Assembly: GCA_947460245.1 (NCBI GenBank)
Contig: CANHGL010000008.1
Coordinates: 1,094-65,093, forward strand
Direction: 5' to 3'
Origin: Sphingobacteriales bacterium
GTDB taxonomy: Bacteria > Bacteroidota > Bacteroidia > Chitinophagales > JADIYW01
Length of the DNA stretch: 64,000 nucleotides
This document shows, one piece after another, positions 10,901 to 19,958 of this stretch. The notes below the pieces were generated by a model. It saw only the letters and a program-made list of their open reading frames with translations, was not told where the DNA came from and did not search any database. The translations under genes and the position numbers were made by a program. Positions within the stretch are counted from its first letter, which is position 1; each line of letters begins with the position of its first letter.

Positions 10901-11051
10901 TCAAATTTCAAAACTGCTGGATCAGCGACAACAGGAAGTGGGAGGATATAATTACAGATATACTTTTAATACCCTAATGCCTAAAGGTATTTACTATCTA
11001 ATTCTTAGCGCAAATTTAGAGATGTGTCTCTTTAAAGTATGTTTTAATTAG
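7980..11051 (+). CDS. secreted multidomain GH18 (chitinase-like) protein with CUB-like domain and T9SS C-terminal sorting domain
   Basis: Features seen:
- signal peptide
- GH18 hallmarks (GWHPYW, catalytic strand GVCVDFEG with D-x-E, MGYDYYY, PYYGRQY, GGIALWALGYDD)
- CUB-like segment (SYTIAPKGVQTVSVKFSQLDLESGFDSVFLYDG...LTLRFKSDGATNKSGYKLYY)
- C-terminal FRVFPNPTNSIIDIEY...GIYYLIL sorting domain. Confidence 0.8.
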   Translation: MKKTFIAIAIYLGCLSSQAQSIIQEQKQFYDRFKIITEKGWDTLQERLSQKQFEIVPKNVQLRSSGCRLENKRVYGWHPYWNGSSLHNNYQWNLLSDLCYFDYSVNPTTGANSNTSFAWSTSTAITAAKNNGVKISFCATLFSNHSTFLSSTTAKNIFINNTIALLKMRGGSGVCVDFEGMPVSQKSNFVSFMQDLSKKIHDSIPSGEVALAVYSVDWSGVFDISKLKDVVDLFIVMGYDYYYGGSAKAGPTDPLYPFETSYNYGISKSISYYLYGGIPANKLLMAVPYYGRQYQTSGSSIPSSNSGGASNSSALLYKTVQSNSSGNYRLSNKRWDANSFSPYYLFQSGSLWYQCFINDSSSIKKRYDIINQRGLGGIALWALGYDDGYTELWNAIGDRFTSCYNQPLADSLYDMGGPNRNYNDKEIYSYTIAPKGVQTVSVKFSQLDLESGFDSVFLYDGASERDALLGRYSGNILPNGISSTGSSLTLRFKSDGATNKSGYKLYYSTKLSDTIPPTTRVNNSDWITGNFNANFIDQDTGSGVRFRFYSIEEYDTTNNSWIGKSSKGFLNDVFNSSSILQNWIKQSGNWTVDNGVLIQSDQLGVNTNLYTSLVQDANQILYHWTQSINGSGTNRRGGLHFMCSNSIGNGRGNSYLVMARVDGGGKLQIYKSVNDMVFLNADISYPFLSNKEYDFKVIYNKLIGEVAVFINDKLTGRWIDTLPLISGNYISMRSGECVMNIDNLEVLKSRALNNLPIAVGIANLNDINKQNASLSLPSARIKSYVVDSMDLFSEEWIQNLNVDYTAPASVYMVRDGKTITDIATTTQTAQLAANWNSAMDFNSGIRRYWYAIGTSLGAADVLDWSDNGNDILAQRTSLLLYVGTTYYFSVKAENNAGLMGPIVSSNGQKLLATYITEASKIKNPPVLASNSGIHFSNLKDFRVFPNPTNSIIDIEYTLDKPSEVDLIIYDSQGNQISKLLDQRQQEVGGYNYRYTFNTLMPKGIYYLILSANLEMCLFKVCFN

Positions 11052-11055
11052 AAGC

Positions 11056-12243
11056 TTATTTAAGTGTATTAATGGCAATCCATGCCATCAATCCAGCTCC
11101 AACTTTTAAGGCATGCTCATCGATGTCGAAGGTGGGTGTGTGAATAGCTGAGGTTATACCTTTTTCTTTGTTGCCAGTACCTAGTCTATAAAAACAGGCG
11201 GGAACGAGCTGGGAATAGTAACTGAAATCCTCTGCGGTCATGCGTGCAGGTATTTCTTCTACATTATTTTCTCCGAGGTATTCTCTTGCAAGCCCGATAC
11301 TATTAGTAGTTAATGATTCATCATTTTTTAAGAAAGGATAACCATGCTCTATGGTTATATCACAAGTTCCGCCAAAGCCTTGCGCTACAGCATTGCATAT
11401 TTCTACTATTTTTTCTTTTGCAATGGTACGCCATGCTTCATCAAATGTTCTCAAGGTGCCTTCCAGATATACTTCGTCCGGAATAATATTAGTAGATCCA
11501 TTGGCAATAAATTTACCAATGGTAAGCACTGTAGGTAATGTAGGGTTTGCATTTCGGCTTACAATTTGTTGCAGTGCAATAACCATATGCGAGGCAATCA
11601 TAATTGGATCAACTGCAAGATGTGGGATTGCACCATGTCCTCCCTTTCCTTTTACAGTGATATAGATTTCATCGCAACTCGCCATAGCGATACCGGCTCT
11701 GAAAGCCACTTTCCCAGTCTCTAGCTGTGGTAGAACATGCTGCCCGATAATTTGGTTTACTTCTGGGTTTTTCAGAACGTTTTCTTTGATCATTAAAGAA
11801 GCACCTCCCGGTAGTCTTTCTTCCGCCGGCTGAAATATAAGTTTTATAGTTCCTTCAAACTCATCCTTTAGTTCGTTCAATATCTTTGCTGCCCCTAATA
11901 ATGAGGTTGTGTGTACATCATGTCCACAGGCGTGCATCACTCCGGCATTTTTTGATGCGTAAGGGACATTATTTTTTTCTTGTATAGGAAGTGCATCCAT
12001 ATCTGCTCTCAGCGCAACAGTCTTTTTTTCCGGATTCTTGCCTTTGATAAGTCCAACGATACCATGACCGCCTATCCCTGTCGTATGTTCTATGGAATAA
12101 TCTGTCAATTTTTGGGATATAAATTTAGAAGTCTCTGTCTCTTCGAAGCTAAGTTCAGGATATTCATGTAGTTGCCTACGAATGGCTATAAGTTCATCAT
12201 AGTTAGCTTCGGCTATTTTTTTTATTTTATCTTTTAATTCCAT
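11056..12243 (-). CDS. M20D family amidohydrolase (N-acyl-L-amino acid amidohydrolase / hippurate hydrolase-like)
   Basis: Motifs HEYPELSFEE, ALRADMDALP, HACGHD and QPAEE are typical of M20D. The ATG at 12243 (MELKDKI...) is preferred over the tracked GTG at 12261. Confidence 0.85.
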   Translation of the reverse strand: MELKDKIKKIAEANYDELIAIRRQLHEYPELSFEETETSKFISQKLTDYSIEHTTGIGGHGIVGLIKGKNPEKKTVALRADMDALPIQEKNNVPYASKNAGVMHACGHDVHTTSLLGAAKILNELKDEFEGTIKLIFQPAEERLPGGASLMIKENVLKNPEVNQIIGQHVLPQLETGKVAFRAGIAMASCDEIYITVKGKGGHGAIPHLAVDPIMIASHMVIALQQIVSRNANPTLPTVLTIGKFIANGSTNIIPDEVYLEGTLRTFDEAWRTIAKEKIVEICNAVAQGFGGTCDITIEHGYPFLKNDESLTTNSIGLAREYLGENNVEEIPARMTAEDFSYYSQLVPACFYRLGTGNKEKGITSAIHTPTFDIDEHALKVGAGLMAWIAINTLK

Positions 12244-12274
12244 AATGCTAAATTTGACCACAATGACCGTATTA

Positions 12275-12282
12275 CAAATATA
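12275..12282 (-). promoter_or_regulatory. candidate -7 box (TAtaTTTG on minus strand) for the amidohydrolase gene
   Basis: TAnnTTTG match 32 nt upstream of the ATG at 12243, in the divergent spacer shared with lpd. Confidence 0.35.
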
Positions 12283-12325
12283 ATCATTAGCGCATTATCA
12301 ATTTATTGAATATTAAACTAATTAC

Positions 12326-13717
12326 ATGAACAACTTTGACTTAATAGTAATAGGCTCCGGGCCTGGTGGATATGTTGCAGCTATCAGAGCATCTCAATTG
12401 GGTTTTAAGGTGGCCATCATAGAGAAGGAGAGTCTTGGTGGTATATGTCTGAATTGGGGTTGTATCCCTACCAAGGCCTTACTTAAAAGTGCGCAGGTAT
12501 TTGATTACTTAAATCATGCAGCGGATTATGGCATAGAGGTGTCAGATTCAAGGGCCAATTTCAATACAATAATTAAGCGAAGTAGAGACGTTGCTGAATC
12601 CATGAGTAAAGGAGTTCAGTTTCTGATGAAAAAAAATAATATTGAAATTATTTATGGTTATGGAAAATTATTGCCGGGAAAGAGGGTAGAGGTTACTATG
12701 CAGGATGGGGGGATTAAAATTTATAAATCGCAGTATGTTTTGCTGGCCACAGGGGGAAGAGCAAAGCAATTACCCGCACTACCATTAGATGGAAAACAGA
12801 TTATTGAATACAGGAAAGCCATGACGCTGGATATTTTGCCGAAGAAAATGATAATTGTTGGTGCAGGAGCTATTGGGGTAGAGTTTGCATACTTCTACCA
12901 AACATTGGGTGTAGAAGTTACACTCATTGAATTCATGGATACCTTGTTGCCTGTGGAAGATAAAGAAGTAGGAAAGGCGCTAGAAAAAATATACAACAAA
13001 AAAGGAATGCATATCTGGACCTCATCCAAGGTGGTTTCTTCAAAAATTATTGAGGATAAAGTACAGCTATTGGTTAATACGCCAAAGGGAGAACAAGTAA
13101 TAGAGGCTGACATTGTACTTAGTGCTGCAGGTGTTGTCGCTAATATTGAAAATATTGGATTGGAGTTATCTGATATACAGATTGAAAATAATAAGGTGAA
13201 GGTGAATGCTTATTACCAAACCAATGCGGATGGTGTCTATGCTATAGGCGACATAGTAAAAGGTCAGGCACTTGCACATGTAGCCAGTGCTGAGGGAATT
13301 ATTGCGGTAGAGCACATGGCTGGCCATCATCCTCAACCCTTAAATTATAACAATATTCCTGGATGTACTTATTGCAGTCCGGAAGTTGCCAGTGTAGGTA
13401 TTACCGAGCAAGCTGCAAAAGAAAATAATCTGGATGTTTTGATAGGTAAGTTTCCATTCTCCGCAAGTGGAAAGGCTAAGGCCGCTGGCAAGCATGATGG
13501 TTTTGTAAAATTGATAATTGATAAGAAGTATGGTGAAATATTGGGTGCACATTTTATTGGAGAGAATGTAACAGAGCTGATAGCAGAGATAGTAGTAGCA
13601 AGAAACGCAGAAGCAACTGGCATGCAGTTACTCAAGAGTGTACATCCTCACCCAACCATGAGTGAGGCTATCATGGAGGCTGCGGCAGTAGCTTATGGAG
13701 AGGTGATTCATTTGTAA
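12326..13717 (+). CDS. lpdA: dihydrolipoyl dehydrogenase (E3)
   Basis: GSGPGGYVAAIRA FAD site, redox-active GGICLNWGCIPTK disulfide, NAD site GAGAIGVEFA, and C-terminal HPHPTMSE interface motif. Confidence 0.93.
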   Translation: MNNFDLIVIGSGPGGYVAAIRASQLGFKVAIIEKESLGGICLNWGCIPTKALLKSAQVFDYLNHAADYGIEVSDSRANFNTIIKRSRDVAESMSKGVQFLMKKNNIEIIYGYGKLLPGKRVEVTMQDGGIKIYKSQYVLLATGGRAKQLPALPLDGKQIIEYRKAMTLDILPKKMIIVGAGAIGVEFAYFYQTLGVEVTLIEFMDTLLPVEDKEVGKALEKIYNKKGMHIWTSSKVVSSKIIEDKVQLLVNTPKGEQVIEADIVLSAAGVVANIENIGLELSDIQIENNKVKVNAYYQTNADGVYAIGDIVKGQALAHVASAEGIIAVEHMAGHHPQPLNYNNIPGCTYCSPEVASVGITEQAAKENNLDVLIGKFPFSASGKAKAAGKHDGFVKLIIDKKYGEILGAHFIGENVTELIAEIVVARNAEATGMQLLKSVHPHPTMSEAIMEAAAVAYGEVIHL

Positions 13718-13731
13718 TTTCTAGTGCTAAT

Positions 13732-13772
13732 AAAAAAAGAAGCTCCAACCTTAAGGTTGGAGCTTCTTTTTT
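13732..13772. terminator. bidirectional rho-independent terminator between convergent lpd and the PorU-like gene
   Basis: A7 run, 13-bp perfect stem AGAAGCTCCAACC-ttaa-GGTTGGAGCTTCT, then a T6 run. Confidence 0.85.
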
Positions 13773-13788
13773 ACAATGATTAATTTCC

Positions 13789-16700
13789 TCAGCGAATGAT
13801 ATATAATTTTCCGTATCCACGCTTAAAGAACTTATCTATGGAGGATTGTTTAACCTCCGTTGTAGTTCCGTCTATGTTTTTTGTCATTACTCTGTAGAAG
13901 TAAACACCATTTGCTAACCTGTCCCCATAATTATCGGTTCCATCCCATTTGTAGTCTGTAAGATTAGTCCCTATATGTAGTGTTCCTAATTGTTCGCGTG
14001 TAATTTCTTTTACTACTTTTCCGCTCGCACTAAATATTTGAATAATCAGTTGGTCAGGAATAGTGGCTCCTGTAAGTGTAAACACAAATTGAGTAGAGGT
14101 AGAAAATGGATTTGGATAATTCAGTATATTGGTAATAGATGGTCTTGAATCAACTTTAAATTTGATTCTATAATCATATTTACCCGCATCATTATTACTT
14201 CTGTCTATCCCTTGTGCTCTGATTTCATAAGTTCCATCTGAAAGAGTAGGTTTATATATCAGTCGTGCTTCATTGTTTCGTCCAAGGTTAGTGTTGCTTG
14301 CAGGAACATATGTAATGTCCGACTGATTATAGTTTAATTGTACAGGATTAGTTGGGTCATTTGGATAAAACATATATACTAAAAACTCAGAGGTATCGTT
14401 TAGTGCCAAATATTTATTTTCATCTTTTAGTCTGAATAAAATCTCAGGGTTGGAGGACACGTATTCGCCATCGGTTATATGCCTTCCATCAAAGGTAATA
14501 TCAAACAGAGGGTTAATTCGATCTCTATCTACATATAAAGTGAACTCAGCAAAATTATTAAAATGGAACTGTTCAACTTGATCATCATCTGGATTTACTT
14601 CAACAGTGATAAAATTCAACCCAAAGAAGTTAAACCCTTGGAAGGAATAATTGAAGTCAATATTTAAAGATTGCTTACCTGGTAGTGGTGCAAATCTCTT
14701 GTAAATAGTAGTAATATTATTAGAGGCATCTCTTATGATAAATCTAACCAATAAGCTATCCATGTTTATAGGAGTCACATTTTCTACAGCAACAGACATA
14801 TTAAAGTCTTCGCCTGCCATGATGGTATCTCTTGATTTTACAAAGTGTATAGTTGGATTTACAACCGCTTCCGGTGCCTTATCGTAATATAATCTCCAAT
14901 AGTCCATTTGTGGAGGCGTACTGGTGGTATCATCTTTTGTTAGCCACTGCATTTGCATAAATGGAAATCTCTTGGCATCAACAGTTATTGGTGTAACTGT
15001 TCCTTTATCTAAATTGTTGGCAATTAATGTTCTTGTTCCAAGGGTATCATAGCCAAAGATATTTACTATTCCCTGGTCAGAGGAAGGATTCTCTCTTGAA
15101 CTCCAGAGCATATCAAAGTTTTTCCAGTCTTTAGCAGGTCCAATAATTGGAGACTCCATATCCCCCTTCGTCCAGCTGCCATTAAAGGTAAATGTAGTAT
15201 CAATAATACTAGGACTAAATCGCTGCAGTTGTATGGGTTGAAATAAAGGATCGCATTTATGCAGGAAAAAAGTAAAGGGTTGACTTTCCTGCTGCTGACG
15301 AATCTTGCTAACACCAAGATTTTCAAAAGCCTGATATAAATTCCAGTCGCCTGTATTTGTACTATCGCCCAACCATTGGCTATAGCCTGCATTGTAAAAG
15401 CTATACCCCAAAACATAGGCATTACATGGTATAGAGTTTAAGAAATCGTAAGCATATTTTCGTTCTCTTTTTCCGTTGGTATTATCATTTGTTATAAATT
15501 CCGCCACATACCTCGGATAGCTACTGCTGGTTATATCATTGTACGGTCCTCTACCGGTATTCCCAATCTGATAACTTTGCCATGCTTGTCCGGTATTACC
15601 ATCGTAGACAAAGAAGATAAAGCCTTTTCTCGCCCAGGCATTTCTCTGTATTAAGTATCCGTCCCAATAGAGTTCAATCAATTGGTCTGAGATATTTCCA
15701 TTTCTGAGATACAGCGTTCTGATGTTGTTAGGATATCTAAAGATCCTATCATTTTTAAGATTTAGGGTGCTGAATGTGTTCTTTAAATATTGGTAATAAT
15801 GAGATTGGTTCCAGCCAGTAGATAAAGAAGTGTTGTATAAAAAGGAACTGTATTTCCAGTTGGCAGAAACCCCTGATATAGTATCTAAGGTACCTCTCCA
15901 GTAATAAACTTTATTTTGTAAGAGTTGTATGGTGGGTTTCCAATGGATGCTTGCTCCTGGTAGTGTGAGTTCAACCTGAGTCAAAATAGGACTATTAAAT
16001 AGCTCCGTTGTGTCAATCTGGATAATATATTTTTTTGCGGTTGCGAAAGCACTTGCAGTAGAAAATACCAATTCAAAATTCGGATCATTGACTATACAGA
16101 AATCATAGGGGTATATTGGAATGATATCATCGGCCAAAATTAGTTTGGTAATAGTTACTTCATTGTTTTGTTCCGAATATTCTGGTATGGTATTGTTGTA
16201 GTCAACTTTTATTTTAAAGGTATTTAATCCAGGTCCGTTTATTCTGTCAGATTTAATCCAAAGTAATACAGTATCAATATTCCTTGCGCTTGGAACTGTA
16301 ACTTGGGTAACTTGTATTTGTCCATTTGGAAATATTCGGTCTATGTTTACAATGTAGTTGTCATCAATTGCACGGCCAAGATTTTTTACGATTACTTTGA
16401 CTAAGAAGGAGTCAGAGGCTGCATTTATATTCTGAGGTTCAAAGCTGATACTATTTTGATCGATGTAATAATCTGGTCTGAAATGAGAATTAATTCGCAA
16501 TCCAGGATCTCCATGATAAACCATTTGCTCTGCGGCAATATAGTTAACATCCACCCCTGCTAACATTAGTTGTTTTGATGTTTCCTTTAGAATGTTTCCA
16601 ATCTTATCATTATACATAGTATTGGATAATCGATTAAAAAAGTTGGAAGTATAGACATTAAGGTTAGTGGCAACGGCGTAGGTTACTGGTGCCAGATAAC

Positions 16701-18762
16701 CAATTCCTGCTTTTCTTGGAGCAAGAACAAATCGTTCACTTAAAGAGGTGAAATTCTCAAAAATACTTCCTACAAAACATCCATTAGAAACCATTAAATG
16801 GTATTTGCCATAATTGTCAAAATGGTCGGGGTCTAAATTAAAGTCTAATGTGGTAGTAGCGGAGTGTCCAAAGAAGGTGATAACAGATACACCTGTATTA
16901 ACCAGTGAATCTATAAAGATATTTTGTGCAATTTGTATAGGGTCTGTACTATTCTTAAATAAGCTAAATGCTCTTGCTCCATAATAGGGAGACTCCATGC
17001 TTGTTTTATAGCTATCTAGATAAGAGCGAAAAAGTTGTTGCTCGAAATTATTATTTCCACCTCCTAGATTTAGAATATTCTTCATCCAAAGTTTATTCGC
17101 CGGAGTCTCTGCGGAGTTAAATGTGTCGTTAAGTATATACTCATACTCACGAACTTTATCTAAATAGACCTTAATATCATCACCTTTTGTAACAGATAAT
17201 CTTCCTGTTCCCAGTTGAGGGTAATTGAGCGTTGCATTGCGCGCAGTTACCAGATTGTCTGATGCAGGCTCTCCATAGGTCTGAACCAGACTCTGATTAC
17301 TGGTGTAGTTATATCCTTTTCCAATGATAAACATCAATTGAGGCTGTGTAACAAATTTGTCTATACAAAAATTTGAAAAATTGCGTAGGGTAAGGGGATG
17401 TCCATTTATTCCAAATCCAAATTGATCATTGAGCTCATCTATAAAATATGTTCTTGCGGTATAGGATCCACCTGAAACAGAAGCTCTGTATTTTCTATAT
17501 TCTTCAATATAGTCTATACTGGCTGTACTGCTTTTTAATTTTTTGTTCGATATGATAAGGTAATCTCCTTGCTGATTATTGGCGAGAAAATTCGTAAAGG
17601 CAGTAGCTGTGAAGTTAGTAATTACAGGGATGTCTGCCGTTGCTTGAGAGCTAATAAACATTCTCTCTTTATTTCTGGCTGTAGCGTATAAGTGAAACTT
17701 CAGTACAGAGTCTTTAGTGGCTACATAACGTTGGTTGTTAGTAAGGTCATAAAGAATAGGATTGGTATTTTGGTTATTAAAATTTCTCACCTCGAAATAC
17801 AGCTCATCTTTTTTATAAAATTCAAAATTGAATTTAGACACATTGCCAAAATCAAATTTTCTAGGGTATTGTAAACTTCCTGAAAGCAGGTAATTCGTTT
17901 GACTTGGAATTTGTTCGCTAACAGCAAATGAGGCTTTTGTAGTATTTAAAAGGTTGTTACCAATATTGAGTCTAAAGAGATTGGTTACAGGAGTTATTGT
18001 ACTGCTTATAAAAGTAGTATCTAACGTACTGAGTTTTATATTTATTTTATGGTTGCCTATTCCTTGCAATAATCTAAAGGTAAAAAATGCATTTACTGCA
18101 GAATCTTTGAAGGCATATGGTGTAAGCAAATAGTTAAAGGTATATGCGCTATTGGAAAAGCTATTTACCAAGTAGCCTTCACCGTAGTCAAAATCAGAGT
18201 TATATAATTGAGAAAAGAATGAAGATATCGGCAAGCCCCTGAAATAGGAAAACTCGCTAGTGCCACTAGTAACCTCATTGGAAGTAGTGTAGCAGTATTT
18301 TTCAGCTGGTGGCAACAAAGTTAGATCATTGCTTTGAGATTGTATTCTGGCGTTAATGTTAAATGGATCCAGTGTTAAAAAAAAGGTGGCACTATCCCCA
18401 AATAAACTTTTTCTGTTACTAGGTTGAAAGCTTGGATCCTTGTATAGTAAAGAATCTGGTTTGCCGTCATTTTTTTCTCCAAAGAATTCTATATAGTCAT
18501 TTGCACCGAACAAGCCACTTGTTGTAACATATAATGGCACTTCATTTCCGTTTCGAAAAAGTTTAAAATCACTTCCTTTCAACTGATTAGCAGGGATACC
18601 TGTAAAGGTGAGTATGCTGTACGGTATTCTATATAAACTGGTGTTTGCAACTTTGAATTTATAATAAGTCTTTGTGTAATCAATCCATTCGTTTCCGTAA
18701 GGCTGAGCTTTAGCCAAAGCAAAGATGCCAGTCAAGAAAAATATAGCTATAATCTTTTTCAT
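13789..18762 (-). CDS. porU: PorU-like T9SS C-terminal signal peptidase/sortase (peptidase family C25), unusually large at 1657 aa
   Basis: Features seen:
- signal peptide
- N-terminal GNEWIDYTKTYYKFKV and GDYLIISN segments typical of C25/PorU proteins
- candidate catalytic His (FFGHSATTT, codon 16864-16866) and Cys (VSNGCFVG, codon 16777-16779)
- C-terminal YPNPFSTSTQFVF...GVYFYRV sorting-type domain
- translationally coupled to a PorV-like barrel. Confidence 0.75.
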   Translation of the reverse strand: MKKIIAIFFLTGIFALAKAQPYGNEWIDYTKTYYKFKVANTSLYRIPYSILTFTGIPANQLKGSDFKLFRNGNEVPLYVTTSGLFGANDYIEFFGEKNDGKPDSLLYKDPSFQPSNRKSLFGDSATFFLTLDPFNINARIQSQSNDLTLLPPAEKYCYTTSNEVTSGTSEFSYFRGLPISSFFSQLYNSDFDYGEGYLVNSFSNSAYTFNYLLTPYAFKDSAVNAFFTFRLLQGIGNHKINIKLSTLDTTFISSTITPVTNLFRLNIGNNLLNTTKASFAVSEQIPSQTNYLLSGSLQYPRKFDFGNVSKFNFEFYKKDELYFEVRNFNNQNTNPILYDLTNNQRYVATKDSVLKFHLYATARNKERMFISSQATADIPVITNFTATAFTNFLANNQQGDYLIISNKKLKSSTASIDYIEEYRKYRASVSGGSYTARTYFIDELNDQFGFGINGHPLTLRNFSNFCIDKFVTQPQLMFIIGKGYNYTSNQSLVQTYGEPASDNLVTARNATLNYPQLGTGRLSVTKGDDIKVYLDKVREYEYILNDTFNSAETPANKLWMKNILNLGGGNNNFEQQLFRSYLDSYKTSMESPYYGARAFSLFKNSTDPIQIAQNIFIDSLVNTGVSVITFFGHSATTTLDFNLDPDHFDNYGKYHLMVSNGCFVGSIFENFTSLSERFVLAPRKAGIGYLAPVTYAVATNLNVYTSNFFNRLSNTMYNDKIGNILKETSKQLMLAGVDVNYIAAEQMVYHGDPGLRINSHFRPDYYIDQNSISFEPQNINAASDSFLVKVIVKNLGRAIDDNYIVNIDRIFPNGQIQVTQVTVPSARNIDTVLLWIKSDRINGPGLNTFKIKVDYNNTIPEYSEQNNEVTITKLILADDIIPIYPYDFCIVNDPNFELVFSTASAFATAKKYIIQIDTTELFNSPILTQVELTLPGASIHWKPTIQLLQNKVYYWRGTLDTISGVSANWKYSSFLYNTSLSTGWNQSHYYQYLKNTFSTLNLKNDRIFRYPNNIRTLYLRNGNISDQLIELYWDGYLIQRNAWARKGFIFFVYDGNTGQAWQSYQIGNTGRGPYNDITSSSYPRYVAEFITNDNTNGKRERKYAYDFLNSIPCNAYVLGYSFYNAGYSQWLGDSTNTGDWNLYQAFENLGVSKIRQQQESQPFTFFLHKCDPLFQPIQLQRFSPSIIDTTFTFNGSWTKGDMESPIIGPAKDWKNFDMLWSSRENPSSDQGIVNIFGYDTLGTRTLIANNLDKGTVTPITVDAKRFPFMQMQWLTKDDTTSTPPQMDYWRLYYDKAPEAVVNPTIHFVKSRDTIMAGEDFNMSVAVENVTPINMDSLLVRFIIRDASNNITTIYKRFAPLPGKQSLNIDFNYSFQGFNFFGLNFITVEVNPDDDQVEQFHFNNFAEFTLYVDRDRINPLFDITFDGRHITDGEYVSSNPEILFRLKDENKYLALNDTSEFLVYMFYPNDPTNPVQLNYNQSDITYVPASNTNLGRNNEARLIYKPTLSDGTYEIRAQGIDRSNNDAGKYDYRIKFKVDSRPSITNILNYPNPFSTSTQFVFTLTGATIPDQLIIQIFSASGKVVKEITREQLGTLHIGTNLTDYKWDGTDNYGDRLANGVYFYRVMTKNIDGTTTEVKQSSIDKFFKRGYGKLYIIR

Positions 18763-19958
18763 TATTTGACTTGATTTTGTTCAGGAGTAATTATTGGCTC
18801 AGTACTTGAATCCTTAGTCTCTGCCGGAGCTGTTTCTGGTGCATTAATTAAGGTGGCATTTTCAGTTTTTCGTTTCCGCTTACTGATGCCAACCTTTAAA
18901 GAAACCACATGAGAGTATTGGTTTTCGGATGCCTTGCCAACATCAGTATAGGCATAATCTACAAATACGATGTTTCTAAAACGCAGGCCAACTCCGATGT
19001 TAGGTTGAACAGTAAATGTGCTCTTGCCTCTGGAGTTGAGCACTTTCTGGAAATTATTTACACCACCGCGTAAATAAAAGATATGCCATAGTCCTAACTC
19101 TACTCCAATTCGCGGATCCATACTCACTTTCTTGGTTGATACAAGCGTATTTCTTTTCCCGTCCGTAGTAATTTCCCAATCTAACTCAGCGCTTAGCTCT
19201 ATCTTATCTTTAAATACCTTGCTATATGAAACACCAAGTTGAATCCTGGGTAAGGTGATTTCAGTAGAACTCTTTGGAATCTCATTGCTGGTAGATGCAA
19301 GGATTTGTTTTTCTCTATCCGTAAAGCTGTAAGACCAAGCGTTAAAGGTAGTAGTGATATCTTTTACGGTTAATCCAATTTTAAAATCTTTGATGCTATA
19401 CATTGCACCAATGTCAATTCCAAAACCCCAGGATTTTGCAAAACCTCCTGCTTTATTATGCACAATCTTTGCTGTGGCTCCAAGTGATAAATTAGGTAGA
19501 ATAGTTCTTGCATAGGATAGAAGGATACCGTAATTGCCTACAGAGAAACTTTTTACATTGTCGTAATTCACGCTTCCATCTGCATCGATAAGCTCTAATG
19601 TATTGGGGATATCATCTACACCAAATCGCAGGAAATTGATGGCAAATGCATGCTTGTTGCTATCCAATGGGAAAGCAATTCCGGCATAGTCGTATTTTGC
19701 AATACCTGCAAAATATTCATTATGCATGAAGCTGAATTGTATGTTCGATTTTATTCTTGTTAATCCGGCAGGATTCCAATAGCCCGCGGTGACATCATTG
19801 GTGGAGGCTACAACTGCATTCCCTAATCCAAAATTATGCGCCCCTACTCCAATATACATAAAATCATTGCTGTATTTTGGTGGTCCAGCATGAGCACTTA
19901 AGTATAGAAGGCTTGTTAATAAAAAAGCATATAGCCTGGTTCTTTGCATAAAAATCAT
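18762..19958 (-). CDS. porV: PorV-like (FadL/PorV superfamily) outer-membrane beta-barrel
   Basis: Signal peptide, N-terminal GLGNAVVASTNDVTAGYWNPAGL motif and amphipathic beta-strand periodicity. Its stop overlaps the PorU-like start (TAATG). It carries a ~45-aa Lys/Thr/Pro-rich C-terminal tail. The PorV assignment rests on context plus motif memory. Confidence 0.55.
   Translation of the reverse strand: MIFMQRTRLYAFLLTSLLYLSAHAGPPKYSNDFMYIGVGAHNFGLGNAVVASTNDVTAGYWNPAGLTRIKSNIQFSFMHNEYFAGIAKYDYAGIAFPLDSNKHAFAINFLRFGVDDIPNTLELIDADGSVNYDNVKSFSVGNYGILLSYARTILPNLSLGATAKIVHNKAGGFAKSWGFGIDIGAMYSIKDFKIGLTVKDITTTFNAWSYSFTDREKQILASTSNEIPKSSTEITLPRIQLGVSYSKVFKDKIELSAELDWEITTDGKRNTLVSTKKVSMDPRIGVELGLWHIFYLRGGVNNFQKVLNSRGKSTFTVQPNIGVGLRFRNIVFVDYAYTDVGKASENQYSHVVSLKVGISKRKRKTENATLINAPETAPAETKDSSTEPIITPEQNQVK

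Noticed and set aside
15066-15422. Short same-strand and antisense ORFs inside the large genes: 15066-15422, 17692-17874, 8848-9087, 9232-9438, 10388-10633, 11344-11665, 12895-13635, 25586-26134, 26533-27225, 28068-28867, 51182-51907 and others
   Set aside because: All are nested in strongly supported CDS, are short, and show no motifs. They are treated as chance ORFs.
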